Source: a virus
Reading direction: 5' to 3' (one strand)
DNA: 64,000 nucleotides
IMG/VR virus record: IMGVR_UViG_3300045988_081431
Coordinates: 1 to 64,000 of that record
The position numbers and the translations under genes are program-made. Of this stretch, positions 1 through 8,951 are shown one piece after another (position 1 is the stretch's first letter; every line of letters starts with the position of its first letter). The notes below the pieces were generated by a model. That model had not been told where the DNA came from. It saw nothing but the letters and a program-made list of their open reading frames with translations, and did no database searches.

Positions 1-48
1 AATTTTTAAAAGTCTTTAGCTATAAGAATGTACAAGAATTTTGTGCTT

Positions 49-64
49 ATGAACGCATGTTCAT
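49..64. promoter_or_regulatory. ATGAAC-N4-GTTCAT palindrome (SOS/Cheo-box-like), copy 1
   Basis: Sequence ATGAACGCATGTTCAT. Inverted half-sites are spaced by 4 nt, and the core GAAC-N4-GTTC matches Bacillus-type LexA boxes. The binding protein is unknown. Confidence 0.4.
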
Positions 65-203
65 ATGTTACACATAACGCAGGCGTTATCAATACGGCGG
101 ACTAATTGAGAATAAACGATTGATTTATTTAAGCTATAAGGCTTGTGTAATCCATTTATAGGGGTAACATATGCAATAAATACAAAAGACCATACAACAT
201 AAA

Positions 204-239
204 ATACAATCGTTATATACAATCGTTGTATACTGTTGT
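204..239 (+). repeat. tandem 13-bp repeat ATACAATCGTTRT (CAATCGTT box family)
   Basis: ATACAATCGTTAT / ATACAATCGTTGT / ATACTGTTGT read directly. The same core recurs at 114-124 (rc), 985-995, 1030-1040, 1066-1077, 63641-63648 and 63811-63820 (rc). Confidence 0.7.
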
Positions 240-553
240 ATTTTTATTTTGTTTATACATATATATTGTTGATGTATGGAACAGATGTATAGACGTATGG
301 TGTTGTGGTGTTGGTGGTCTTGTGGTGTACTTTGGTAGTCAACATGGGTATTGGCGTGGGTATGATGATACTACAGAATTTGAAACATATATTGATACGT
401 GTATACGTATTGAACTATAGAGTGCCAAAGGATAATTATTATCCATACCAAAGCCAATACTCAAGCATTACATAAAGTAATCTTTGGCATTCCATAAGTG
501 CATACATGAGTATTCGCTCATATGTCAACCAATTCCAGCTTGTGGGTTAACAT

Positions 554-569
554 ATGAATATGTGTTCAT
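554..569. promoter_or_regulatory. SOS-box-like palindrome, copy 2 (imperfect)
   Basis: ATGAATATGTGTTCAT, with one half-site mismatch (GAAT instead of GAAC). Confidence 0.3.
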
Positions 570-710
570 ATGTACAAACATATATATCGACATTTGTCTA
601 TATATGATATCTACATATTGAGAATACAAATGATAATGAATGAATGATAATGGGTATTCTATTACATTGATACTATTCGATTGATTGACTAACCCTAGTA
701 TGGTGCATAT

Positions 711-726
711 GTGAACACGTGTTCAT
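711..726. promoter_or_regulatory. SOS-box-like palindrome, copy 3
   Basis: GTGAACACGTGTTCAT, with a perfect GAAC-N4-GTTC core. Confidence 0.4.
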
Positions 727-1274
727 ATGAACCAATGAGACACCCATGGGTACATCGAAAATTTTCAATATCCAAAAGGGAGAACCATTCTCAACTGGGG
801 GCGGTATAATCATAACAAACCCAAGTTAATACAAATGAGAATACCTGAGATAAATACTTGTCACACACATACATGAGTACATACCCCATGACATACAATG
901 GTCTACAAACCCATGTTTTATCTATGGTTTCATACATACAAACACATAACATATGTAGAAAACAATCGCAAATACTATCGAGAAATCAATCGTTTCAATA
1001 GATTGTCTAAGATATGTAACATCATATGGAACAATCGTATTTTCCAATTTGAGTTGTCTATCGAATATACAATCGTTTAAAATTTTTGTAGAAATTTTTA
1101 AGGTCTCATACAGGGTAACTTATGATTTTTCTATAAACAGAAACCCTAGTATAATGATTATGTTTTTGGATATATGTTTTCCTAGTATAGCGTTATCATA
1201 AGTTTATGACATGGTACTAGAGTGATGCAACACTAGGGTTGTGTATCGTTTAGACAATCTTTTTCAACGTAGTT

Positions 1275-1309
1275 AATCACCATCATAGGATGGTGATTGC
1301 TTTATTTTT
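1275..1309 (+). terminator. rho-independent terminator-like hairpin in the ORF-free region
   Basis: 10-bp perfect stem AATCACCATC / GATGGTGATT with loop ATAG, followed by GCTTTATTTTT. Confidence 0.5.
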
Positions 1310-1664
1310 AGTCAGACTAACAACAGGGTGCAGCCAAAACTTTGTCACTCCAAAATCACAACACTAGGTCGATGCTTGTGAAAATCCGTCACGATACTAT
1401 GGGTGTGTTTTCCAACGTACATTCGTTCGATTTTATCCCATGTGGGTCAAATGCTGTCCAACCCAAGCACCACCATAGGTTTATGACACCAGCCTAGTAT
1501 GACGTGAGTAAAAACGCATGGGTGAAATTTTACTCATTCCCCTGTTATGGGGCATTTTTTACTCATATATTCAAAAAATTTTTTCAAGTCCGAAAACATA
1601 GATGGCTACTGGGCGGAACGGTATTTTACACGAATCGTGTAACATGAAATACAGGATTTTTAGT

Positions 1665-1710
1665 GAAAAAAGTGTTACGAATTTTAAGTGTTTGACTCTA
1701 TATATAGAGA
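1665..1710 (+). repeat. 46-bp direct repeat, copy A
   Basis: GAAAAAAGTGTTACGAATTTTAAGTGTTTGACTCTATATATAGAGA matches 3625-3670 with 5 mismatches. It contains the palindrome CTCTATATATAGAG. Confidence 0.8.
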
Positions 1711-2024
1711 GAGTTTTAACTTGAGGTTTTAAAGCAAATGAGTTCTTGAAAGAGTTTTAAGAAACAGTTTTGAAAAGGCTTTTGCTCGAGCCTTAAGAAA
1801 CCGACTTGAAAGACACTCCGTAAGGAGTATTGCGAAGCAATCTAAAAGGAATACTCTTAAGAATACTTAAGTATTAAACATAAGTATTAAACCTATAAGA
1901 TTGTCTTCGACAATAAACACTAACGTGTTTGCTTCATAGTCAGATATTATGTTTGTGACTTAACCCATTAACATACATGTGAGACATACGAGTGAAACAT
2001 ACATCATCAATCCCAAGAAACACA

Positions 2025-2082
2025 AAAAGGGCATACATAAGAATATATCCTAAGATATAAACCTATGTATGCCCTTTTGTTT
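2025..2082. terminator. bidirectional terminator
   Basis: AAAAGGGCATACATA (2025-2039) pairs with TATGTATGCCCTTTT (2064-2078). A-run and T-run flanks give a U-tract on both strands. It lies immediately 3' of the minus-strand gene ending at 2091. Confidence 0.6.
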
Positions 2083-2090
2083 GCTTGTGA

Positions 2091-2345
2091 TTAATACTCT
2101 GGGAACTCTGCCATAAAGCATAACCCAAGGTATACAAAGATGGCACAGATGGCAAACGCCAACCAAGAGTCGCCAAACTTTACGGTACCGTCTGTAATGC
2201 TGCTTACGGTGGATGAACCATACATACCAGCGACAATAATATACAGAATACCTGCGATGCGTGGAGATGTCAACCATCCGACAACCAATGCAATCGCAAG
2301 ACTGATAGCGGTAACCAAGAATAATAATAAAATAGTTGCAATCAT
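2091..2345 (-). CDS. small integral membrane protein (about 3 TM segments)
   Basis: 84-aa ORF that is hydrophobic throughout. It sits downstream of, and on the same strand as, the recombinase gene and is followed by a terminator. Confidence 0.5.
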   Translation of the reverse strand: MIATILLLFLVTAISLAIALVVGWLTSPRIAGILYIIVAGMYGSSTVSSITDGTVKFGDSWLAFAICAIFVYLGLCFMAEFPEY

Positions 2346-2367
2346 GAGTGTTTCCTGCCTTTCGTTC

Positions 2368-2898
2368 TTATAAAGCCATAATGGCGTAAACCTTGTTGTT
2401 TAATTCCTCGGTTGTGATACCAATGTATCTCATTGTAATTGCTTCCGAGGAATGATTAAAGACTTGCATAAGGTACGCAATCGGTACTCCCTTACGGTAT
2501 GCGTGATACCCAAATGTTTTACGCATGGAGTGTGTACCGATGTTATCTAAACCGCATTTCACGGATGCAGCCTTGATTTTTCTCCATGCTTGTACGGTTG
2601 AAATATGACCGTCACCAGAGCGACTTGGGAATAACCAATGCTTGCATCGGCTTGCGTATTCGCATAACAATGCGTAGACCTCTTTGGATAACATGAACCG
2701 TTTGAACTTACCTGTTTTTTGTTCATATAGTTCCATCTCTGGTTTAACATCGTCAACGGTTAACCCAACAAGGTCGCTGATGCGGAGACCAGAGTTGATG
2801 CCAAGAGTGAACAACATTTTGTCTCGGTCATTACCGAGTGCTTGTTTCATTTCTTGGACTTTTGATAAATTTCTGATTGGTTCTGTTGTATTAGCCAT
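2368..2898 (-). CDS. tyrosine recombinase, catalytic domain only (176 aa)
   Basis: Motifs GLRISD (Arg I), HSMRKTF (H-x-x-R) and HSSEAITMRYI (His/Tyr). Start moved to ATG 2898, which is preceded by an AGGAGG RBS. There is no N-terminal core-binding domain. Confidence 0.75.
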   Translation of the reverse strand: MANTTEPIRNLSKVQEMKQALGNDRDKMLFTLGINSGLRISDLVGLTVDDVKPEMELYEQKTGKFKRFMLSKEVYALLCEYASRCKHWLFPSRSGDGHISTVQAWRKIKAASVKCGLDNIGTHSMRKTFGYHAYRKGVPIAYLMQVFNHSSEAITMRYIGITTEELNNKVYAIMAL

Positions 2899-3005
2899 GA
2901 TATATTTCCTCCTGTGTGTGTGTTTCCTGTTTCTACTTATATAATACACTATGGGATATATCATGTCAACAACTTTTTGAAATATTTTTTGGAGAATTTG
3001 ATATT

Positions 3006-3614
3006 ATGAATGAAGTCGCATTAAAACGTAAAAAGGGTTATGAGAACCGCATTGACTTTTTCGGTCTTGGCGACTATGTAACCGATTGGCGAAACGCTGG
3101 TAAATCTTATACAGCCATCGCACGACAACTCAATAAAGAACATAAGGGTGAACTACAAAACATTTTGATTACCCCTAAGATGGTCGGTGATTGGTGTCGC
3201 ACAAACTTGGTTCAAGAGATGCAACCATCGGAAGAAACCGAAGTTGTTAACACCTATAATCAACAAAAGAACTTGCTTGATATGGTCGAAACACAAATCG
3301 AGATGATACAACTGTTTATAGACGACTTGCAATGTCAACAGGCGACTGGTTCTTCGGATGCCGATGTGATTTACAAACGTATGAAAGACTTAATGTTAGA
3401 CCAAGAGAAGTATATCGCAAGAAAGCAATCTATCTTGAAAGACATGCAAGCCGTAGCAGAGAAGATTTATACATTCCAAGCTATGAACTCTATTATTATT
3501 GAAATCATGGAGATTATCAAGAAAGAAGACCCTGTTTTGGCGAATAAAGTCAAAGAACAGATGAAAGATAATAAGATTTTATTGGCAAATTATGCAAAAA
3601 TTCAACAAAATTAA
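3006..3614 (+). CDS. terminase small subunit (putative)
   Basis: 202 aa from ATG 3006. N-terminal HTH-like stretch 'KSYTAIARQLN', coiled-coil C-terminal part, and a position directly upstream of terL. Confidence 0.5.
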   Translation: MNEVALKRKKGYENRIDFFGLGDYVTDWRNAGKSYTAIARQLNKEHKGELQNILITPKMVGDWCRTNLVQEMQPSEETEVVNTYNQQKNLLDMVETQIEMIQLFIDDLQCQQATGSSDADVIYKRMKDLMLDQEKYIARKQSILKDMQAVAEKIYTFQAMNSIIIEIMEIIKKEDPVLANKVKEQMKDNKILLANYAKIQQN

Positions 3615-3624
3615 CACTTTAAAT

Positions 3625-3670
3625 GAAAAAAGTGTTACAAAATTAAAGTGTTTGATACTATATATAGAGA
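3625..3670 (+). repeat. 46-bp direct repeat, copy B
   Basis: Matches 1665-1710 and lies between the terS-like gene and terL. A weaker relative is at about 17615-17660. Confidence 0.8.
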
Positions 3671-3697
3671 ACAATTTTCTACTAGGGAGGTGTGTTA

Positions 3698-5380
3698 ATG
3701 GCTGAAAATATCTTAGACACGCTACTAGGGGCATCTCGAGCGAACACAGAGCCAAGTGATAACACACCAACCGATAAAGATATTGGTGCGACTAACTTGG
3801 AACACTTCGCCAAGACTTATTTCCCCCATATATTCTCTACACCATTCTGCGACTTTCATCATTCGATGTTCAAGGATGCAGAAAATATGATACTGCATTT
3901 TGACAACTTGCAAAACAAGTTTGTTCGTGCGGCACCACGAGGTCACGGCAAAAGCCGTATTATCTCGGTCGTATTCCCAATATGGTTAATCGTGTATGGC
4001 TATCGAAAGAACATACTGATTATATCTGATACCTTTGAACAAGCCAAAGAGTTCATACAGACGATTAAAGACGAACTAGAAGATAATGAACGTCTGAAAA
4101 AGGACTTTGGTCTTCTCAAGGGTGACAAGACATGGGCAAGCGACAAGATTGTCACCAAGAACAAAATTCAAGTGTTTGCAAAGTCAAGCGGTCAATCTTT
4201 GCGTGGCTCTAGTTATAACAATATTCGACCAGAAGTTGTTATCTTAGACGACCTTGAGAATGACGAGGCAGTAGAAACAGAAAACCAACGCAAGAAATTA
4301 TACGATTGGTTCATGAAAGTATTAATGCCGATTGGCAATCCTAGAACGGTATTTTTGTATGTCGGTTCGGTATTGCACTATGAGGCTTTACTGTATAAAG
4401 TATTGACCGATTCTAAGTTTAACAACTGGAATCGTGCGATATATAAAGCTGTATACACGTTCTCTGAAAGTCCATGTTGGACCGTGTGGGAAGAAATCTT
4501 TAACGACTTGTCAGACCCAGATGCGGCAAAGAATGCCGCCGATTATTTTGAAGAACATCGAGAAGAAATGATGGATGGAGTCGAAGTAATGTGGGAGGGT
4601 CGTAACTTCGGTTTGTTTGAACACCTAGATTGTTCATACGAAGAAAAAATGAGAATGTCTCGTGATAACTGGTATCAAGAACTCATGATTTTACGTATGC
4701 AAGATGACGAGGCTTTCAACTCCGAGTATCAAAACAATCCTATGACCGAAGCAAGTCGAGTGTTTAAAGAGTCGTGGATTAAGGCTAACTATTATGACGA
4801 AACGAACTTACCTAAGATGAAACAGATATATGCATCTGTTGACTTGTCTATGGGTAAGTCAAGAACATCTGATTATTCTGCAATTATATTTGTCGGTCGT
4901 GGCGTAGATAATTATTTCTATGTATTAGAAGCCGACATTGAACGCAGGTCACCAGATATCATTATTAATGATATACTGTTGTATTTAGACAAGTACAATG
5001 GTCGTTTAGACGGCTTTATTGTCGAAGAAAACGTATTCCAAGAGTTCTTCTCGAAGACATTACAGCAGACTGCCATTGATATGGGTCTGTATGTAAACTG
5101 GATTTCTGCTCGGAGTACGGCGAGCGATAACAAGGGTACTCGGATACGCTCGCTTGCACCGAAGATTAAACAAGGGTATATCAAGTTTAATAAAAACCAT
5201 CGTGTTCTCGAAAGTCAACTTAAGAACTTTCCAAAAGACCACGATGATGCACCTGACTGTTTAGAACGGTGTATCTCTAAATTCTTAGAAAACTCATCAA
5301 CCATCAATGTTGGTGCGATGGGTACGATTCGTAAGAAACGAATGGACACATTATCATTCATGAAAGGTTGGAAACGATGA
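3698..5380 (+). CDS. terL: terminase large subunit
   Basis: Walker A-like 'APRGHGKS' and Walker B-like 'VVILDDLEND', about 560 aa, GGGAGG RBS 7 nt before ATG 3698, followed by the portal gene. Confidence 0.85.
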   Translation: MAENILDTLLGASRANTEPSDNTPTDKDIGATNLEHFAKTYFPHIFSTPFCDFHHSMFKDAENMILHFDNLQNKFVRAAPRGHGKSRIISVVFPIWLIVYGYRKNILIISDTFEQAKEFIQTIKDELEDNERLKKDFGLLKGDKTWASDKIVTKNKIQVFAKSSGQSLRGSSYNNIRPEVVILDDLENDEAVETENQRKKLYDWFMKVLMPIGNPRTVFLYVGSVLHYEALLYKVLTDSKFNNWNRAIYKAVYTFSESPCWTVWEEIFNDLSDPDAAKNAADYFEEHREEMMDGVEVMWEGRNFGLFEHLDCSYEEKMRMSRDNWYQELMILRMQDDEAFNSEYQNNPMTEASRVFKESWIKANYYDETNLPKMKQIYASVDLSMGKSRTSDYSAIIFVGRGVDNYFYVLEADIERRSPDIIINDILLYLDKYNGRLDGFIVEENVFQEFFSKTLQQTAIDMGLYVNWISARSTASDNKGTRIRSLAPKIKQGYIKFNKNHRVLESQLKNFPKDHDDAPDCLERCISKFLENSSTINVGAMGTIRKKRMDTLSFMKGWKR

Positions 5381-6672
5381 ACCTACGAGAAAAAATTTAC
5401 GCATGGATGAGTGCTTTCGTTACACGAGATACTATTGCCAATGTCACACAAACATGGTTTGGTCGTTGGGGTGTTAGAAAACGCAAAAACACGGAAACAA
5501 AGTTGAGTGTGGAAGCGTTACGAAACATGGCAAGAACACCTATTGCTAGAAGTGCTATTAATCAAATACGAGAGGGCATCCTAGCATTGCCATGGGAGGT
5601 TGTTTCGATTGACGATAACGAAAATAAAAAAGCAATTCGCAAAGTCACCGAGATAATTAAACAACCTAACCCTGTGGATGATTACCATGACTTCATTGGT
5701 AAACTATTTGAAGATTTAATTGTGTTAGACCTTGCGTTCTTTGAACAAAAGGTTGTCAAAAGGGATAGACCTCTGTATTTATTCCCTATTGATGCTCAAA
5801 CAATCGAGGTTGTCACAAATTGGACTGGCGATTTAAACCAGCCACGATATATGCAGAACGCTAACGGTGTTCAAGAGTGGTATAAATGTGACAAAATCGC
5901 TATGTTGCAACGAACGAAGCTGACTTATGATGAGTTTGGTTTTTCACCATTAGAACAAGCATATCGACATATTAAGTATCTATCTGAGGTACAAGAGTAT
6001 GCAAACGATATTTCTTCTAATGCGATGCCAAAGTATTTAATTAACCTTGGTGCAAACGCATCTCAAGAAGAAATTGAGAAAGTTCGAGTGTATATCGAAA
6101 GTGAAATCCAAGGTCAATCTGCCGTTGCGATTGTTGGTACAACACAATTAGATGCAAAACAAGTGTCTCCGATTGGTGACGAGTCAGCATCTCTAAATTG
6201 GCAAAAGTTATTACTACAGATTATTGCCACATGCTTTAATATTCCACCAGAACGACTTGGGGTTGCCATCTCAAATGACCGTTCGACATCATCTGAAAAA
6301 GACAACGAGATGTTGGAATACACAATTAAGCCATGGGCGAAAATATTTGAACGTGCCATCAATAAGTATGTCATTGACAGGCTTGGCTATGGTGGCAAAA
6401 TCGAGTTCCGTTTTGTGTTTACACCAACCAAGGCACAACAAGCCGATGCCGTTGAACGTGTTCGTAAACTTGTTGATGGTAATGTTATCACAATTAATGA
6501 GGCTCGTCAAGAACTAAATGGTGTTCTTGGTATTGAACTTCCTGATATTCAGTCAGGGAATAAACTCCTTGATGAATATAAATCATCTCTAATTGAACAA
6601 CGAGTGACATCCACCCCACAAGATGTTCCTTTGGAGAAATCTACGGAGAAAGGAGAGACAGACAATGAATAA
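5377..6672 (+). CDS. portal protein
   Basis: ATGA overlap with the terL stop, 431 aa. Size, position and the conserved-looking stretch 'PPERLGVAISN...EKDNEMLEYTIKPW' fit a portal. Confidence 0.75.
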   Translation: MNLREKIYAWMSAFVTRDTIANVTQTWFGRWGVRKRKNTETKLSVEALRNMARTPIARSAINQIREGILALPWEVVSIDDNENKKAIRKVTEIIKQPNPVDDYHDFIGKLFEDLIVLDLAFFEQKVVKRDRPLYLFPIDAQTIEVVTNWTGDLNQPRYMQNANGVQEWYKCDKIAMLQRTKLTYDEFGFSPLEQAYRHIKYLSEVQEYANDISSNAMPKYLINLGANASQEEIEKVRVYIESEIQGQSAVAIVGTTQLDAKQVSPIGDESASLNWQKLLLQIIATCFNIPPERLGVAISNDRSTSSEKDNEMLEYTIKPWAKIFERAINKYVIDRLGYGGKIEFRFVFTPTKAQQADAVERVRKLVDGNVITINEARQELNGVLGIELPDIQSGNKLLDEYKSSLIEQRVTSTPQDVPLEKSTEKGETDNE

Positions 6673-7570
6673 GCAAAAGGTATCTCTACAGGCTAATGCA
6701 ATAAGTGTCACCCTAGATAACTTGCACCCTAATGCGATGCGTTTTACAGGTACTTGCATGTTCTTGAATACACCATCTGATTATACTCCAAACGGCGTTG
6801 ACAGACCAGTGGTATTATCTTCGGAAGAAGCTGAAAAGTGTGCATCTACGATGAACCTAATGGGTATTAACTGTGATTATGACCCATGGTTGTTCCCTGA
6901 TGAACTCATGACTGCTCACAACTGCAGAAATAAAATTGGTGTTGTTGAAAAGTGTTGGGTAGACGGTGATGAACTCAAGTTTACAGGCATCATGTATAAA
7001 AACGACTTCCCAGATATTGCAGACTTCATTAAAAAGACCGTTGACTCCCTTGGGTTCTCCGTGGAAGCCATGTTTAATCTTCGAGAACACGATGATTATA
7101 TTGAAATGGCAGATGTCGAATTTACTGGTGTTGCTATGTTGTTTAAAAATGCAGCCGCATACCAAAATACTTATATCGCTGAGATTGCCGCTAAGGCGAA
7201 AGGAAAACAAGTAATGGAAAAACAAGAAATCTTACAACTTATTGATGAAGCTATCAAGGCAAACATTGAGGCTAGTGCTAAAGAAGCACAAGCAAAAGCT
7301 GAAGCTCAAGCATTAAAAGATGCACAAGCAGAAGTTGAACGCTTGACTGCTGAATGTTCTGCAAAAGACGAAGCAATCGCAGAAAAAGATGCGAAAATCG
7401 CTGAACTCGAAAAAGCAGTTGCTGAAAAAGATGCAGAAATCGAAGCATCCGCAAAAGAAACAGTTGTTGTTTCCGATGTTAAAAACCTTGAAACAAAAGC
7501 AAAATTAGATGCTGGTAAAAAAGAAGAAAAATTCTCTGACTTCGCTGGCATGGTTAAATCTGTATTATAA
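6665..7570 (+). CDS. capsid scaffolding protein (possibly protease-scaffold fusion)
   Basis: Lies between portal and capsid genes. The C-terminal half is an Ala/Glu/Lys coiled coil with a 14-aa repeat (AEKDAKIAELEKAV/AEKDAEIEASAKE). ATG 6665 follows a GGAGAG RBS. Confidence 0.5.
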   Translation: MNKQKVSLQANAISVTLDNLHPNAMRFTGTCMFLNTPSDYTPNGVDRPVVLSSEEAEKCASTMNLMGINCDYDPWLFPDELMTAHNCRNKIGVVEKCWVDGDELKFTGIMYKNDFPDIADFIKKTVDSLGFSVEAMFNLREHDDYIEMADVEFTGVAMLFKNAAAYQNTYIAEIAAKAKGKQVMEKQEILQLIDEAIKANIEASAKEAQAKAEAQALKDAQAEVERLTAECSAKDEAIAEKDAKIAELEKAVAEKDAEIEASAKETVVVSDVKNLETKAKLDAGKKEEKFSDFAGMVKSVL

Positions 7571-7619
7571 TACGGAAAAACATTATTGATACACTACTAA
7601 TAACAGGAGACTACATAAT

Positions 7620-8642
7620 ATGGCAGTAACAAAAACAGGTTTTATCTCTGCGGCAGCAGTTGCAGACTACAATCAATCTCACTATATCGAACTTCCTAAG
7701 TTCCAAAAAGAAATACTTGACCTATTAAATCGTCAAGTGACAATCCGTGACCGTATCAAATCCGTAATGGCGACAGGTCATCCATCTCGTTATTGGGAGC
7801 AAACTAAGATTGCTCACAACGCAAAATTCGTAGATGCACGCACAGGTGATGCAGGCAAATACGGTGTGACAGGTACTTATGACGAAGATTACGGTCGTAA
7901 AGAACGTGCGTTGTTCATCAAAGCAATCACTTCTGGTATTAAATACTCTTTGTTCGACCAAGACGTTGTAAAACAACAAGGCGATGCACTTGCTGAACAA
8001 ATGTTGAACAAAGACATGGCTGATATGCTTGTTGATTTATACCAAACTGCAAACAAAGGCATCTGGACAGGTGCGGCAACTTCCACAGAAGATTCTACAT
8101 CTACTGAATACTGTGGTTTGGCTACACAAATTACAGATGCAGTAACTGTGGCTAACCCTTACAGCTTTGCAACAGGCACAGGCGAGTTTGTAACTGATAC
8201 AATCCGCACTAAAATGGCTAAAAACTTGGCTGATACTAAGTTCATTGGCATGCCTACTGCAATCTATGCAAACCCAATGACAATCGATTACTTGTCTCGT
8301 GCAGAACTTCGTCGCCCTAACTTTAGCGTAGACCAATCTGCGGACAAAGTTGACTTGGGTAACGGTTTCATTGTAAACACAATCCGTACACAAGCTGGTT
8401 ATTTACCACTTATTCCAGATAACTACATTCCATTCGATGCAGGTACTAAGAAACACACATTATATGTTGTGAATGAAAACTTGATTGAACGTCATTGGAT
8501 TGGTGACTCTGAGGCTCGTGTGTACAAAATGGGCGACACTAAAGAGTTGTTGGATGAATACGTTGCAGTATTATTCGATGCAGTTGTTGCTAAAGGTACA
8601 GGTGCTGGTGCTCACTTCAAAGTTGAGTTTACAGAGGCTTAA
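7620..8642 (+). CDS. major capsid protein
   Basis: 340 aa with a strong RBS (CAGGAGA), CGT/GGT/AAA-biased codons typical of high expression, a position after the scaffold gene, and a terminator immediately downstream. Confidence 0.7.
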   Translation: MAVTKTGFISAAAVADYNQSHYIELPKFQKEILDLLNRQVTIRDRIKSVMATGHPSRYWEQTKIAHNAKFVDARTGDAGKYGVTGTYDEDYGRKERALFIKAITSGIKYSLFDQDVVKQQGDALAEQMLNKDMADMLVDLYQTANKGIWTGAATSTEDSTSTEYCGLATQITDAVTVANPYSFATGTGEFVTDTIRTKMAKNLADTKFIGMPTAIYANPMTIDYLSRAELRRPNFSVDQSADKVDLGNGFIVNTIRTQAGYLPLIPDNYIPFDAGTKKHTLYVVNENLIERHWIGDSEARVYKMGDTKELLDEYVAVLFDAVVAKGTGAGAHFKVEFTEA

Positions 8643-8665
8643 TATCCATTATAATTAAACTGTAT

Positions 8666-8693
8666 GGGGTGTCTTAATGGCACCCCTTTATTT
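8666..8693 (+). terminator. rho-independent terminator after capsid gene
   Basis: GGGGTGTC / TTAAT / GGCACCCC, followed by TTTATTT. Confidence 0.65.
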
Positions 8694-8713
8694 AAAACGA
8701 ATGGAGATTACCT

Positions 8714-8941
8714 ATGTTAGTAAAACTTAAAGAACTCGATGCTAAACGTATCTACTTATGTGGTCGCATTATTGAGGCAGACGATGCAGGCTGTTTCGAG
8801 GTCACAGAAGACGAATATGCATTGAACGAAATGGTGTTAGAACCATTAGATAAAAAGGCTGGTAAGGTCGTTAAACCTTTAGAAGACAAAGAAGCTAAAG
8901 TGAAAGAGACTGAACCTGAGACTAAGAAAGCGAAAAAATAG
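8714..8941 (+). CDS. hypothetical head-associated protein
   Basis: 75-aa ORF with a GGAGA RBS and a Lys/Glu-rich C-terminus. No motif recognised. Confidence 0.5.
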   Translation: MLVKLKELDAKRIYLCGRIIEADDAGCFEVTEDEYALNEMVLEPLDKKAGKVVKPLEDKEAKVKETEPETKKAKK

Positions 8942-8951
8942 GAGAGTCAAT

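Noticed and set aside
430-450. DnaA box (TTATCCATA within the palindrome GGATAATTATTATCC)
   Set aside because: It is a single near-match (one mismatch to TTATCCACA) inside a 15-bp palindrome. No cluster of boxes is present, so the evidence for a DnaA-dependent origin is insufficient.
226-1080. ORFs 226-420 (64 aa) and 898-1080 (60 aa) in the left terminal region
   Set aside because: They have no RBS and an implausible composition (runs of Cys/Trp/Tyr/Val from GT-rich repeats). They sit inside repeat and palindrome DNA, so I treat the region as non-coding.
2899-2964. Longer N-terminal extensions of the recombinase (start 2964) and the terS-like gene (start 2916) given by the ORF track
   Set aside because: The extensions would make the two divergent genes overlap, and they encode low-complexity residues. 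Internal ATGs at 2898 (AGGAGG RBS) and 3006 give compact, conventional starts.
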